From Nitrosarchaeum sp. (GTDB taxonomy: Archaea > Thermoproteota > Nitrososphaeria > Nitrososphaerales > Nitrosopumilaceae): a stretch of DNA of 64,000 bases. Numbering within the stretch: the first letter of the stretch is position 1; every line of letters begins with the position of its first letter. Shown one piece after another: positions 45,491 through 56,290 of this stretch. The DNA is taken from contig OZ245020.1 in the NCBI GenBank assembly GCA_965223865.1, positions 896,001 through 960,000 of the forward strand, written 5' to 3'. The translations under genes were made by a program, and so were the position numbers. The notes under the pieces are model-generated. The model searched no databases, had not been told where the DNA came from, and was given only the letters and a program-made list of their open reading frames with translations.

Positions 45491-47527
45491 ATGGAAATCC
45501 AGGAATTGTTGCCCATAGGGGCCGGCATTGCTTCCTTTCTAGTTGCAGCAGGACTAGTGGCCTGGATTACAAAACAACCATCTGGAACAAAAGAAATGAT
45601 GGAAATCTCAAATGCTGTCAAAGTCGGAGCAGCTGCATTTCTAAAAAGAGAGATGAAAATTATTGTTCCAGTTGCCGTAGCATTATCAGTAATAATTGGT
45701 GCATTTCTTCAACCCTCAAATGGAATTGCATTTGCAGTTGGAGCAACATTATCTGCAGTAGCAGGATTAATCTCATTAAAAATTACAGTAAAAGCTGCAG
45801 TCAGGGCTGCAAATCTAAGTAGCAGTGGTCTTGGAAAGACTTTTGCTATGGCCTTTAGAGGTGGTGCCACAGTTGGTTTAGCAGTTCCTGCAATGGCTCT
45901 TTTGGCAATTACTGGTTTGTACCTGATTTATCCAGATCCCATCACAATTGCAGGAGTTGGTATTGGAGCAAGCCTTATTGCATTATTCATAAGAATCGGT
46001 GGTGGTATATTTACAAAGGCTGCCGATATGGGTGCAGACTTGGTAGGAAAAGTTGAGGCAAACATTCCTGAAGATGATCCAAGAAATCCTGCCACCATTG
46101 CAGATAATGTAGGTGATAATGTTGGTGATGCTGCAGGGATGGGTTCTGATGTTTATGAATCTTATATAGTTACTATCCTTGCTGCATTGTTAATTGCAGC
46201 ACTAATTGGAGCTCCTGATTTATTCTTGTATCCAATCTTAATTGGAGCATCAGGAATGATTGCATCGATTATCGGTGTGGTTATTGTTGGTTCTAAAGAT
46301 ATTAAAGATGTAATGCAGCCTCTTAATCGTTCATTTTATGTTTCAGCAGCAATTGCAATTGGGTTAAACTATGTGTTTACAACTCAGTTTATTGATTCAT
46401 CAGCATCTTATGCATTATTTGGCACAACGGTAATTGGAGTCATTCTTGTACCCGTGATACAAAAAATTACTGATAGATATACAAATTACAAATATGGTCC
46501 TGTTAATGAAATTGCAGATTCTGCAAAATGGGGATACGCATCATTAACTCTTATGGGAATTATCAAAGGATTACAATCTACAGGACCATTTATGATTGCA
46601 CTTGTAGTGGCAATTATTGTCTCATTTAGCATTTCGTCAGCTGCAGCACCAGAAGGCGCTGATCCAATACTATATGGAATCTTTGGAACTTCATTGACTG
46701 CGATGGCAATGCTTAGTCTTGCAGGAATTGTTCTAAGTATTGATGCCTTTGGCCCCATTGCTGATAATGCAGGAGGAATTGTAGAGATGACAGGAATGGG
46801 TGAAGAAAATCGTAAAGTTACTGATGAAATAGATGCAGTAGGTAATACTACCAAAGCAGTAACCAAAGGATTTGCAATTGCTAGTGCTGCACTGGCTGCT
46901 TTGGCTATGATTCAAGCATTTCAGTTTGAAGCAGAGCATGTATTTGAAGGAATTTTGGCATTAGATTATAGCTTGACAAACCCTGCCGTAGTAATTGGCT
47001 TACTTGTGGGCGGATTGATTCCATTTATTATCACAGGCCAATTGATTAATGGTGTATCTAGAGCTGCAGGAAAAATGGTAGATGAGGTCAGGAGACAATT
47101 CAAGGCAGATCCTGAAATTCTTACCGGTAAATCAAAACCCGATTATGCAAAATGTGTAGATATTGCAACGGTTGCATCAATTAAAGAACTTTGGAAACCT
47201 GCACTCATTGCAATTATTGCTCCTATTATTCTTGGAATCCTTTTAGGTCCAACTGCAGTAGCAGGATTACTTATGGGCTCAGTTGTAACTGGAATCTTTT
47301 TGGCATACCATCTGGCAAATACTGGCGGTGCATGGGATAATGCAAAGAAACTAGTAGAAATGAAAGGGCAAAAGGGTTCAGAAGTGCATAAAGTTGCAGT
47401 AGTTGGTGATATTATCGGTGATCCTTACAAAGACACTGCAGGTCCGGCATTAAACACTGTGATCAAGTTGTTAAACACCATTGCAATTGTCTTTGTATCT
47501 GCATTTGTAGCAATTATTGCAATCTAG
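45491..47527 (+). CDS. hppA: Membrane H+-translocating pyrophosphatase, K+-independent type
   Basis: DMGADLVGKVE, DNVGDNVGD, GNTTKA (Lys variant), GGAWDNAKK. Confidence 0.95.
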   Translation: MEIQELLPIGAGIASFLVAAGLVAWITKQPSGTKEMMEISNAVKVGAAAFLKREMKIIVPVAVALSVIIGAFLQPSNGIAFAVGATLSAVAGLISLKITVKAAVRAANLSSSGLGKTFAMAFRGGATVGLAVPAMALLAITGLYLIYPDPITIAGVGIGASLIALFIRIGGGIFTKAADMGADLVGKVEANIPEDDPRNPATIADNVGDNVGDAAGMGSDVYESYIVTILAALLIAALIGAPDLFLYPILIGASGMIASIIGVVIVGSKDIKDVMQPLNRSFYVSAAIAIGLNYVFTTQFIDSSASYALFGTTVIGVILVPVIQKITDRYTNYKYGPVNEIADSAKWGYASLTLMGIIKGLQSTGPFMIALVVAIIVSFSISSAAAPEGADPILYGIFGTSLTAMAMLSLAGIVLSIDAFGPIADNAGGIVEMTGMGEENRKVTDEIDAVGNTTKAVTKGFAIASAALAALAMIQAFQFEAEHVFEGILALDYSLTNPAVVIGLLVGGLIPFIITGQLINGVSRAAGKMVDEVRRQFKADPEILTGKSKPDYAKCVDIATVASIKELWKPALIAIIAPIILGILLGPTAVAGLLMGSVVTGIFLAYHLANTGGAWDNAKKLVEMKGQKGSEVHKVAVVGDIIGDPYKDTAGPALNTVIKLLNTIAIVFVSAFVAIIAI

Positions 47528-47712
47528 TTTTTCTCTTCTATTACTAGTGTCAAATCTAATTCGTCTATTTGAGCTTGAATTGCCTTTTTCAAAGTTTCAT
47601 TGTGTTTGTCACAAAATTTGAAATAATCGTCTGCAGTTTGAAAACAACCACAAATCCACCTTGTTTTTTTGTCTCCTTCAACTGTCCACTTTGAATACTT
47701 TTGTTCTGCCAT
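47524..47712 (-). CDS. Small Cys/His protein
   Basis: 62 aa containing WICGCFQT...FCDKH. Confidence 0.7.
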   Translation of the reverse strand: MAEQKYSKWTVEGDKKTRWICGCFQTADDYFKFCDKHNETLKKAIQAQIDELDLTLVIEEKN

Positions 47713-47775
47713 AACTTAAAAAAAATAGAGTCATAAAAAAATCTAGTTTTTCTAAATAGAAAAAGGAAAAAGTGC

Positions 47776-48033
47776 TTAAGGACAGCCTTCCATTTTCTGG
47801 ATAAAGTAACCGTTTTCCTTAATTGCCTGCTCAACAGGTTCTGGTGCACCTTGAGAATGGCAGAACTGACATTCATTTTGTGTCATAACTGCATTTTCTT
47901 CCCCAATTGATTTTAACCACTCTTTGCCATAGTTGATGGCTTTATCGTGGTCTTTTTCTCCGGTAATTACATCAAAGTGCATAGTATGACCATCTGCTGC
48001 TTTGACATACGTATCGTATACGTGAATTTCCAT
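47776..48033 (-). CDS. DUF2024-family protein
   Basis: MEIHVYDTYV...MHFDV...CQFCH...KMEGCP. Confidence 0.85.
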   Translation of the reverse strand: MEIHVYDTYVKAADGHTMHFDVITGEKDHDKAINYGKEWLKSIGEENAVMTQNECQFCHSQGAPEPVEQAIKENGYFIQKMEGCP

Positions 48034-48081
48034 ACATGTAATCAAGCGAAGGGATATTTAATTCAAAGATCATCGGATTTT

Positions 48082-48471
48082 ATGACTTATACTGTTCAGG
48101 TTGAAATTGTAAACTCTCCCATCATAACTTTTGAATTAGAGGGATATAGTTCACCTGAAACTGTCAAACAATTCGTACGTAATCTTCCTTTTTCTCTTTC
48201 TCTCAATGTATGGGGTGAGGAGATTTACACAAGTGAATCTCCAATAGACATACCAGAAGAAAATGCCAAACCTCTTGTCAATCTTTATGATGTCGCTTAT
48301 TGGCCAACAGGAAAAGCAATTTGTTTGTTTTTTGGTCCAACCCCAATAGGAAAAAAAGGAGAGATAACACCTGCATCACCAGTAAATGTAATTGGAAAAA
48401 TCATTACGCCTGACAAATCTGTTCTAAACATTGCTGATGGCAAAACCGCAATCTTCAGGCTAAAATCATAG
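48082..48471 (+). CDS. Cyclophilin-like fold protein (DUF369-like)
   Basis: LPF...WGEEIY...VAYWPTGKAICLFFGPTP...PVNVIG; start moved to ATG 48082. Confidence 0.85.
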   Translation: MTYTVQVEIVNSPIITFELEGYSSPETVKQFVRNLPFSLSLNVWGEEIYTSESPIDIPEENAKPLVNLYDVAYWPTGKAICLFFGPTPIGKKGEITPASPVNVIGKIITPDKSVLNIADGKTAIFRLKS

Positions 48472-48870
48472 AAATTCAATAGGAATTTCTATGATGTCTG
48501 TTTCAAGAACATATGATCTGAATTCTCTTGAAATCCCTGAATAAATTATCCACACTACTGGATTTGTAAGCATGAATTGTTTGTCCTTATTGGAAGGATA
48601 TGCAACTGAATCTGGGTGTGAGTGAAAAATTCCTATTACTTCTATTTTTTTTTCTTCAGCCAATTTGTAGCCTTCAATTAATTGATCATTTGATATGGTA
48701 AAGTTTACTGGTGACTCTTCAATATTTTTTGTCAGAAATACCTCACTTACAAGACTGTTTTCATTTTTGACTGTACCAAATAATATTGCACATGATTCAT
48801 TTGGTTTTTCATTTTCAGCATGTTCTAAAAGTAGTCTTTTTTGGGATTTTTTTAATACTATTTTTTTCAA
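48466..48870 (-). CDS. JAB/MPN+ (M67) metalloprotease
   Basis: PNESC and FHSHP-x5-PS-x2-D JAMM motif; probable TTG start at 48870. Confidence 0.9.
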   Translation of the reverse strand: MKKIVLKKSQKRLLLEHAENEKPNESCAILFGTVKNENSLVSEVFLTKNIEESPVNFTISNDQLIEGYKLAEEKKIEVIGIFHSHPDSVAYPSNKDKQFMLTNPVVWIIYSGISREFRSYVLETDIIEIPIEFL

Positions 48871-48872
48871 AT

Positions 48873-49970
48873 TTATTCTACTTCTACTATTCCTACCATC
48901 CAAGGATGAACAATACAATAGTAATCTACTGTTCCGGAATTGGTAAATGTATATTCAAACGAATCTCCAGCATTCATTAAATCTGAATCAAATAATCCAT
49001 CTGGTCCTTCATTAGGGGTTCCAGATGTAACAGTATGAATTGTACTGTCGTTATTTTCCCAAATAACTTTGGTCCCAGATACAATTTGAATTAATTCTGG
49101 ATCATAATAGATTTGTCCCATCTGCTGAATTCCTGCACCTTCTGGCATTGATACTATTACATCTTCTTTTGGCTCTTCAATTATTAATGTAGAGACCATC
49201 CAAGGGTGAACAACACATAGATATTCATATTCTCCAATTGCTAATTCGCTTGTATCTAATGTGAATTTCTCACCAGCTCCCATTAGACTAGAGTCAAATG
49301 TTTCTCCAAAGTCTACCGAACTAGTTACAGTATGTGCAACAGAATCTACATTTATCCATTCGACAATGTGTCCTTGAGGTACTTTAGCTATGTCTGGTTC
49401 ATAATCTGGCATTCCTTGCTCGGCAGATCCTTCTAGTATTTCAATTGTAAATATTGGACCTGATGGTTCTATCTCTGCATCTGATGGCTCTTCAATTTCT
49501 AGAGCTGATTCATCTATCATGTAGGTATCTGGAGTAATAAATCCAAATGCTATCCAAACTATAATTCCAGTTGCTCCTGCCATTCCAGCTATTGCTCCTA
49601 TTGGTTTTGCAAATTGAGGGTGTTTCATTGCAAGATATGCTATCATTATTGAAGGAAATGCAATTGCAAGCAAAATTCCGGCTATTGTAACAGTATAATT
49701 TGATGTGTTCATAGTAAATGCAAAAGCACCAAATCCTAATGCAATTGAGATTACTACCAAAGCTGTAGCTTTTGCTCTGTTACTAGTTGATACTCCTCCA
49801 TCAAGAATTCCTGCTGAAAGAAAAATTAACCCGATAAACATGGTCAGGCCTGTCAAAGCATGCATTCCGTCTATGAAAGTGTGGGCAATCCCAGAGTAGG
49901 AAAGTGTCACACCAGCTAAACCTATGGATGTTAATCCCATACCTGGCATCATGAGGTCCCAGTTACTCAT
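48873..49970 (-). CDS. Multi-TM protein with two plastocyanin-like domains
   Basis: Hydrophobic N-terminal ~145 aa; two HTVTS...CxVHPWM type-1 Cu sites. Confidence 0.92.
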   Translation of the reverse strand: MSNWDLMMPGMGLTSIGLAGVTLSYSGIAHTFIDGMHALTGLTMFIGLIFLSAGILDGGVSTSNRAKATALVVISIALGFGAFAFTMNTSNYTVTIAGILLAIAFPSIMIAYLAMKHPQFAKPIGAIAGMAGATGIIVWIAFGFITPDTYMIDESALEIEEPSDAEIEPSGPIFTIEILEGSAEQGMPDYEPDIAKVPQGHIVEWINVDSVAHTVTSSVDFGETFDSSLMGAGEKFTLDTSELAIGEYEYLCVVHPWMVSTLIIEEPKEDVIVSMPEGAGIQQMGQIYYDPELIQIVSGTKVIWENNDSTIHTVTSGTPNEGPDGLFDSDLMNAGDSFEYTFTNSGTVDYYCIVHPWMVGIVEVE

Positions 49971-50063
49971 TCATGCTAGCTGGTAGAACTGAGATACTTA
50001 TTCCTTTTGAAATTGGGGGGATCATCAAAGAAATTAAATGGCTTCAGAATGGTATAGAGTAGA

Positions 50064-50942
50064 TTGGGCTTTAATGAAGTAGTAGAGATATCCAAACCAA
50101 GGATAGTGGTACTTTTGGTGATTACTGCTGTAACATCGATGTACGCCGCTAGTAAACTGGTTGAAGGAACTCCTGAATTAAATTATTGGGCATATTTGCA
50201 TATTATTATTGCAGGAGCTTTAGCATCTGCTGGTTCTAGTGCCCTAAATCACTATTATGACAAAGACATTGACCCAAAAATGAGCAGAACTAGTAAAAGG
50301 CCTATTCCCTCAGGTAGAATGGCTGCATCACATGTCTTGATTTATGGATTGGCAGTAAGTTGTATTTCCGTAATCTATGGGTTCTTTGCTCTAAATGCTG
50401 TATCTGCATTTTTTATTGCTTTAGGAATTTTTTCATATGTGATCATCTATACTGTTTGGCTCAAACGTCTAAATACATCAAATATTGTTGTTGGTGGAAT
50501 TGCAGGAAGTGCGGCAGCTTGGGCTGGATGGGCAGCAGCAACAGGAAGTATGGATATACTTGGCTTCTTGGTAGGCTTTTTGGTATTTGTCTGGACTCCT
50601 TCTCACTTTTGGTGTCTTGCAATGAAAATTAAAGATGAATATGCTCAAGCTGAAGTTCCAATGCTTCCTGTAGTTATTGGAATGCAAAAAACTTCAAAGT
50701 ATATTTTAGCAAATACTATAATTTTACTTCCATATTCGCTAGTGCTTTACGCATTTGGAATGGGAGTCGTGTACACTGTAATTGCTGCAGTTTCAGGTGG
50801 CTTGATGCTAGCTTATCACTACAAATTAACAAAAACACCTACTTCTGAATTTGCGTGGAAAGCATACAAAGTTACTGCACCTTATCTTACAATAATTTTT
50901 GTTGCAGTTGCATTAGATGCAGCATTTCATTTTAGGTTTTAG
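50064..50942 (+). CDS. ctaB: Protoheme IX farnesyltransferase (heme O synthase)
   Basis: KPRIV, DKDIDPKMSRTSKRPIPSG, YTVWLKR and WTPSHFW motifs. Confidence 0.95.
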   Translation: MGFNEVVEISKPRIVVLLVITAVTSMYAASKLVEGTPELNYWAYLHIIIAGALASAGSSALNHYYDKDIDPKMSRTSKRPIPSGRMAASHVLIYGLAVSCISVIYGFFALNAVSAFFIALGIFSYVIIYTVWLKRLNTSNIVVGGIAGSAAAWAGWAAATGSMDILGFLVGFLVFVWTPSHFWCLAMKIKDEYAQAEVPMLPVVIGMQKTSKYILANTIILLPYSLVLYAFGMGVVYTVIAAVSGGLMLAYHYKLTKTPTSEFAWKAYKVTAPYLTIIFVAVALDAAFHFRF

Positions 50943-51239
50943 CTATTTTTCAAATCCAGGAAAACTAGCTTCATAATCTTTTTCCATCATTTCTTGGTTT
51001 TGCTGCTCAACCTCATCTATCTCTTCTTTTATTGAATATACTTCGATTCTTCGATCGTCTTTAGTTATCCACGCTACTTTGATCAGACCCAAAATTTCCA
51101 AGTCCAATAAAAGTTTGTTAAACCTATCTTCAGAAATCACAAATCCATCTTTAGATAACATCTTGAATAGTTCTGAATCTGTCAGTGATCCTGATTCTGT
51201 TATTTTATCCAATACTGTATTTTTTAGTGGAATTGCCAT
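50943..51239 (-). CDS. Small winged-helix-like protein downstream of cdc48
   Basis: SLTDSELF...FNKLLLDLEILGLIKV pattern; acidic tail. Confidence 0.75.
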   Translation of the reverse strand: MAIPLKNTVLDKITESGSLTDSELFKMLSKDGFVISEDRFNKLLLDLEILGLIKVAWITKDDRRIEVYSIKEEIDEVEQQNQEMMEKDYEASFPGFEK

Positions 51240-51241
51240 AT

Positions 51242-53410
51242 CTATCCATAAAACGATTTATCTTCTGTCTTGGGTACCACATTAGATATACTTTCTCTTA
51301 CACTGTTATACCACTGATCTATATCTTTAGTGATTGATGGTTTTACTTGCTTCAAACTATTTGCAAAATCAGCACTAGTAATTTTTGTGGCGTTTTTTCT
51401 CATTGCATGTACTGCAGATTCTCTGCAAAGTGCTGACAAATCAGCTCCTGTATAGTTTTGCGTTGCAACGGCAATCTCTTGTAATTTTACATCGTTTGCC
51501 AGAGGCATTTTCTTTGTAAGTATTCTGATAATCTCTAATCTTCCTTTTTCATCAGGAGGTGGGACATACAAAACCAAATCTAGTCTGCCTGTTCGTAATA
51601 ATGAATTATCTAAAACATCTGGTCTATTTGTGATTCCTATTACTACTACTCGTGAGGAAATTCCTTCTTCAATTTCTGTTAGTAATTGACTTAGTACTGT
51701 CTCGCTTACTCCTCCTTCTCCTGATTTGTATCTTGCAAGAGAATCAAGCTCATCAAAAATTACAACGCAAGGCGATGATGCCTTTGCTTTTCTAAAGATT
51801 TCCCTCACTGCCTTTTCTGATTCTCCAATCCATTTTGAAAGAATTTCTGGACCTCTGACCAAAATCATATTTGCTCCTGTTTCTGTAGCAAGAGCTCTTG
51901 CCACAAGAGTTTTTCCACATCCTGGTGGTCCATAAATTAATGCTCCCTTTGGTGGTCTAATTCCCATCTTGGTGAATTTCATTGGTTCTTTCATTGCAAG
52001 GATGAGATTATCTGTTAATGCATTTTTGATATTGTCTAATCCTCCAACGTCTTTCCACCAAATTTTTGGTCTTTCGACATAAAACTCCCTCATTGCAGTA
52101 GGGATTACTTCTTGCATTGCATCGTAAAAATCAATTAATTTAATCTGCATTGATTGTAATACTTCTGATGGAATTTTTTCAGTTTCAAGATCAATTTCTG
52201 GAAGATATCTTCTGATTGATTTCATTGCGGCTTCTCTACAAAGTGATTTAATGTCTGCACCGGTATATCCATGCAGTTCTGATGCCAAATCCTTTAGGTC
52301 TACATCTTCTGCAACTGGCATTCCTCTGGTATGAATTAATAAAATTTCGAGTCTCCCATCTTCATTTGGAACGGAAATCTCAAACTCTCTATCAAATCTT
52401 CCTGGTCTTCTAAGTGCCGGATCAACACTGTCTGGTCTATTAGTTGCTCCCAGAACAATTACATTTCCTCTATCAGTTAGTCCATCCATTAATGCTAAGA
52501 GCTGAGCTACTACTCTTTTTTCTACATCTCCATATGCCTCCTCTCTCTTTGGAGCAATGGCATCTATTTCGTCAATGAAAATTATGCTAGGAGAATTGTC
52601 TTTTGCTTCCTTGAAAATATCTCTAAGTTTTGCTTCTGTTTCCCCGTAGTACTTGTTCATGATTTCTGGCCCATTAATTGAATACATATTGGCCTCTGAC
52701 TCACTGGCAAGCACTTTGGCAATGAGTGTTTTTCCACAGCCTGGAGGACCATAGAGCAAAATTCCACTGTGGGGCTCCACTCCTAACCTTGTAAATAATT
52801 CTGGATGCCGTAAAGGAAGCTCCACAATTTCCCTCATTGCTTTTACTTCTTGTCTCAGTCCTCCTACTTCTTCATAGGTCACTCTAACTTTTCTATCTAC
52901 AGTCGTCTCAGTTGATATTGTGAGGTTTGTAGAACGGTCAATCTTTACTACGTGTTTTGGAGTTGTTTTTGTAATCTTAAAATCCATTGAATTTCCTAGA
53001 ATCATTACCGAAATTTCATCTCCATGTATGATGGGCAATCCTTTCAATCTGTTTTTTACAAAATCTGTGAATTCTTTGTCAACTGTAACTGCATCATTTA
53101 CAGGAATTAATGAAACAGATTTTGCAATCTTGGATGTTACTTTTTTTATTTTTACGATGTCATTTAATGATGCACCAACATTTTTTCTTGTCTGTCCGTC
53201 GATTCTAATTATGTCTGGAAACTTTTCATCCTCATCTACTGGCCAGACAACTGCACAACTTGATCTAGATCCCATAATTTCAATGATATCTCCAGGTGTA
53301 ACTTTCAGATAATCCATAGCTTCTGGACCCACTCTGGCTCTCTTCTTACCTACATCTCTTTGTTTAGCTTCTCCGATTCTCATCTGCAAAGGTTCTTCTT
53401 TGCGTCCCAA
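51242..53410 (-). CDS. cdc48: Cdc48/VCP-family double AAA ATPase
   Basis: N domain, two GPPGCGKT Walker A motifs, RRPGRFDRE; C-terminal FYG. Confidence 0.96.
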   Translation of the reverse strand: MGRKEEPLQMRIGEAKQRDVGKKRARVGPEAMDYLKVTPGDIIEIMGSRSSCAVVWPVDEDEKFPDIIRIDGQTRKNVGASLNDIVKIKKVTSKIAKSVSLIPVNDAVTVDKEFTDFVKNRLKGLPIIHGDEISVMILGNSMDFKITKTTPKHVVKIDRSTNLTISTETTVDRKVRVTYEEVGGLRQEVKAMREIVELPLRHPELFTRLGVEPHSGILLYGPPGCGKTLIAKVLASESEANMYSINGPEIMNKYYGETEAKLRDIFKEAKDNSPSIIFIDEIDAIAPKREEAYGDVEKRVVAQLLALMDGLTDRGNVIVLGATNRPDSVDPALRRPGRFDREFEISVPNEDGRLEILLIHTRGMPVAEDVDLKDLASELHGYTGADIKSLCREAAMKSIRRYLPEIDLETEKIPSEVLQSMQIKLIDFYDAMQEVIPTAMREFYVERPKIWWKDVGGLDNIKNALTDNLILAMKEPMKFTKMGIRPPKGALIYGPPGCGKTLVARALATETGANMILVRGPEILSKWIGESEKAVREIFRKAKASSPCVVIFDELDSLARYKSGEGGVSETVLSQLLTEIEEGISSRVVVIGITNRPDVLDNSLLRTGRLDLVLYVPPPDEKGRLEIIRILTKKMPLANDVKLQEIAVATQNYTGADLSALCRESAVHAMRKNATKITSADFANSLKQVKPSITKDIDQWYNSVRESISNVVPKTEDKSFYG

Positions 53411-53418
53411 AAAACCAC

Positions 53419-53700
53419 CTATTTCATGTCAACTGACATTCTGCTCATGTTGAGGACTTCAAATTCACTTACTCCCTCAACAGATTTCACTGCATTTTCT
53501 AAAGAATCCATCTGGCCTTCTTTGTCATCTAAGATGAACTCTGCTTTTATGAATTCCAATCCAAAAGCTAATGGTTCTTTTGCATGTCTTTTCATAACAA
53601 TCCCTTCTGCCAGTTTATTCTGAATAGTTTCTGCCAATTTGTCTAGATCGATCTCCGTTCCTGTGGGAAGAATTTTTGTAACTAATAGTAATTGAGCCAT
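53419..53700 (-). CDS. ef1b: Elongation factor 1-beta
   Basis: KILP...EPLAFGL...VEGVSE. Confidence 0.92.
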   Translation of the reverse strand: MAQLLLVTKILPTGTEIDLDKLAETIQNKLAEGIVMKRHAKEPLAFGLEFIKAEFILDDKEGQMDSLENAVKSVEGVSEFEVLNMSRMSVDMK

Positions 53701-53703
53701 TTT

Positions 53704-53883
53704 CTAAGGTCCTTGAAAGTTACATGAACTGCAAATATAGTTTCTTGCGGCTTCTCTGCAACTTTCACATCTCCAAATTAGATCAGCACCACAGTTTGGA
53801 CAATTAAATTTCACACATTTATCATTTGGCATGATATGTCTGTGGCAACAACTACATGTTGGTAATGAAATCGTAGATGACAT
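53704..53883 (-). CDS. Zinc-ribbon protein (DUF1610 family)
   Basis: Four CxxC pairs and C-terminal GP; upstream of ef1b. Confidence 0.9.
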   Translation of the reverse strand: MSSTISLPTCSCCHRHIMPNDKCVKFNCPNCGADLIWRCESCREAARNYICSSCNFQGP

Positions 53884-53936
53884 ACCAAAAAGTTCTGTAA
53901 ACATCATTTATACCTTGCTTAGAATTTGTGCACAGA

Positions 53937-55073
53937 TTAACTTAGGAGTTTTCTAAGTTCGCCGGTGATCAAGATCTGAGCAGTTTTGATTGATTCCTTT
54001 CTTCCAAGTAATTTTACAATAGATGCTGTGTGAAAATCAAAGTCTTCTTTTTCTGAAATTTCTTTTGTAATCTCAGGTGTTATGGAATCAAATAACTTGT
54101 TTACAGTGTTATTGTCTAGTCGTTCCAAAATTTTTCTTGCAAATGATTGTTTTTCAAACTCTTTTCCAAATTTTTGAGTCCATTTTTTTTGATATTCTTC
54201 CAAATCTTCTAGGTTGTTAGATTTGAGAAATTTTGAAATCGCTTTACCTGCAAACAATCCTCCCATGCCACTTGTATAAATTCCTCCTGCAGTTGTAGGT
54301 TTTGCTTGTCCTGCTGCATCTCCAATTGTAACAGTTTTACCATCGACAAATTTCTTTATAGGTCCTTTAATCCATATTGGAGCAAAAATTTTCCTTATGA
54401 CTGAATATTTATCTCGTGAATTAAGAAATTTTTCTATTGTTACTGCAGCGTTAATTCCCTTGCCTGCAACACCTACTTTCCCTTTTCCTTCTTCTGATGG
54501 AATAACCCATGCAAAAAATCCTGGATATTGTTTTTGATCAAAAAATACTTGTACTTTTCCTTTTTTTATCCAATCTGCATAAATTTCATACTGAGCTGAA
54601 GACAGAATCCCAGATCTGTCTGTTTGAACCAGAGACGATACTCCTCTGGCATCAACAAAAATTTTGCATTTTATTTCCCCCTCATTTGTCCTTACTCCGT
54701 CTTTTATGATCTCTTGGAAGCTTGTTCTTACTTTGATCGTTGCACCATTTTTTTGAGCTTGATGTGCTATTTGTTTATCTAATTCTCTTCTGTTTATCTC
54801 TGCAACTTTTTGTTTTTCAGAATTTATTGAAAAACTGTTGCCATTAGGTGCATAAATTTCTGCAGATTCAATGAAATTTTCAAAAGTTTTTCTAAATGGA
54901 ATTACTCCTAATTCTTCTAAACCTCTTGTACTTACTAAACCACCACAATGCTCAGGTGTTCCAATTTCAAAATCTTCTTCAATTACTAGAACGGTATTTT
55001 TGTCCTTTGCAATTTCTCTTGCACATATCAAGCCAGAAACGCTGCCGCCTGCAACCACTACATCAAAGTACAC
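53937..55073 (-). CDS. Geranylgeranyl reductase-family FAD oxidoreductase
   Basis: PEHCGG, PGFFAWVIP and GDAAGQAKPTTAGGI motifs. Confidence 0.9.
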   Translation of the reverse strand: MYFDVVVAGGSVSGLICAREIAKDKNTVLVIEEDFEIGTPEHCGGLVSTRGLEELGVIPFRKTFENFIESAEIYAPNGNSFSINSEKQKVAEINRRELDKQIAHQAQKNGATIKVRTSFQEIIKDGVRTNEGEIKCKIFVDARGVSSLVQTDRSGILSSAQYEIYADWIKKGKVQVFFDQKQYPGFFAWVIPSEEGKGKVGVAGKGINAAVTIEKFLNSRDKYSVIRKIFAPIWIKGPIKKFVDGKTVTIGDAAGQAKPTTAGGIYTSGMGGLFAGKAISKFLKSNNLEDLEEYQKKWTQKFGKEFEKQSFARKILERLDNNTVNKLFDSITPEITKEISEKEDFDFHTASIVKLLGRKESIKTAQILITGELRKLLS

Positions 55074-55326
55074 ATTTTTTTTAAATTTGTCAAATATTTA
55101 ATTTAAAAGATGTTGGTAATAAACTACAAAATAGAATTGCCTGTGGAAATGAAAATAATAAAAAATTTCTAACAATATACATTGTATTTCTACTTGAATT
55201 TATTAAAAGTTGATAAATCAAAAAAATTAAAAGTGATATTTTCTCAGTATAAAATACATTAAAGCTTTTACTGAGAAATCGCACTCAAAACCAAGTCATT
55301 GCATTAGTTTTATTGTAAATTTTCTC

Positions 55327-55566
55327 CTAACACTGTCCTTCTATTCCCATAAGAGTTTTCGTTGAACGAATTTTATCGATCTTTCTAATTTTCCAAATGA
55401 TCATCTGTCTTAATTCTTCTAGTCGTTCACATTCTAAACTTGTTAGAATGTCATACGCTCCAAATACTCCGTATACATTTTTAACACAATCAATGGCTTT
55501 TAAATCTGAAATAACTTGTTCTTCAGAACCTAGCTCGCAATTTATTAAAACAAATGCTTTAGTCAT
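55327..55566 (-). CDS. Stand-alone Lrp/AsnC ligand-binding (RAM) domain protein
   Basis: AFVLIN...GVFGAYDI...IRKIDKIRSTKTL; start at ATG 55566. Confidence 0.88.
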   Translation of the reverse strand: MTKAFVLINCELGSEEQVISDLKAIDCVKNVYGVFGAYDILTSLECERLEELRQMIIWKIRKIDKIRSTKTLMGIEGQC

Positions 55567-55608
55567 AATTTTATTGTAAATTATTTCCTCCAAGTATTAC
55601 AAATTTAA

Positions 55609-55866
55609 TTATGAAAAATTTTTTCTGCCTATTTGCCACTTTTCTAAACGCCACCAATCTTTATAGTCCTCTCTAAATAATTTGTCTTTAAACGATTTTT
55701 CTAAATCTTGATTATTTGATAGAATTTGTTTGTAATCTTCTGAAATTTTAAGATTGCAATTGCAGTTTTTTAATTTGTTTTCCCCACAATAAGGACAATA
55801 ACAAAAACAATAAGTTGCAAAATTTTTACATTTACCACAAATCCTCGTTTCCTGTTCAATATTCAT
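55609..55866 (-). CDS. Small Cys-rich hypothetical protein
   Basis: CGKC, CFCYCPYCG and CNC; Trp-rich C-terminus. Confidence 0.7.
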   Translation of the reverse strand: MNIEQETRICGKCKNFATYCFCYCPYCGENKLKNCNCNLKISEDYKQILSNNQDLEKSFKDKLFREDYKDWWRLEKWQIGRKNFS

Positions 55867-56290
55867 TGTCTGTATTTTTCAAAAAAGATACTTTAGTTAT
55901 TGGAATAAATTTCTAAACATTTATTCTATTTTTTGTATTTATTTGAATGATTGTAAATATCATCTAGAATATCCTTATTTTTTAAATTGATTTTATTGTA
56001 TGAAAGTGACAGAAAACAATGAGAAATTTAAACAAATATGCTACAAACAAAGCAAAAATTTTGAATGATATTTCAAAAAAATCTTACAATTCTTGTGATG
56101 TGATACTTGAGTATCTCTAATAAATTAAATGATATTTTACACTTTGGCAAAAAATATTAAAATTTCATATTTTGTTTGACAATGATTATGGGTTGGATTT
56201 TTGGATTCATGAGATGCTGTTTTTTAAAGATCTGTTTTACCTATTTGCTAACTCAAAAGTTTTTCATTAGGCATGTTTTTTGATATCAAT

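Noticed and set aside
47776-48033. CxxCH (CQFCH) as a c-type cytochrome
   Set aside because: No signal peptide; the motif belongs to the DUF2024-like family.
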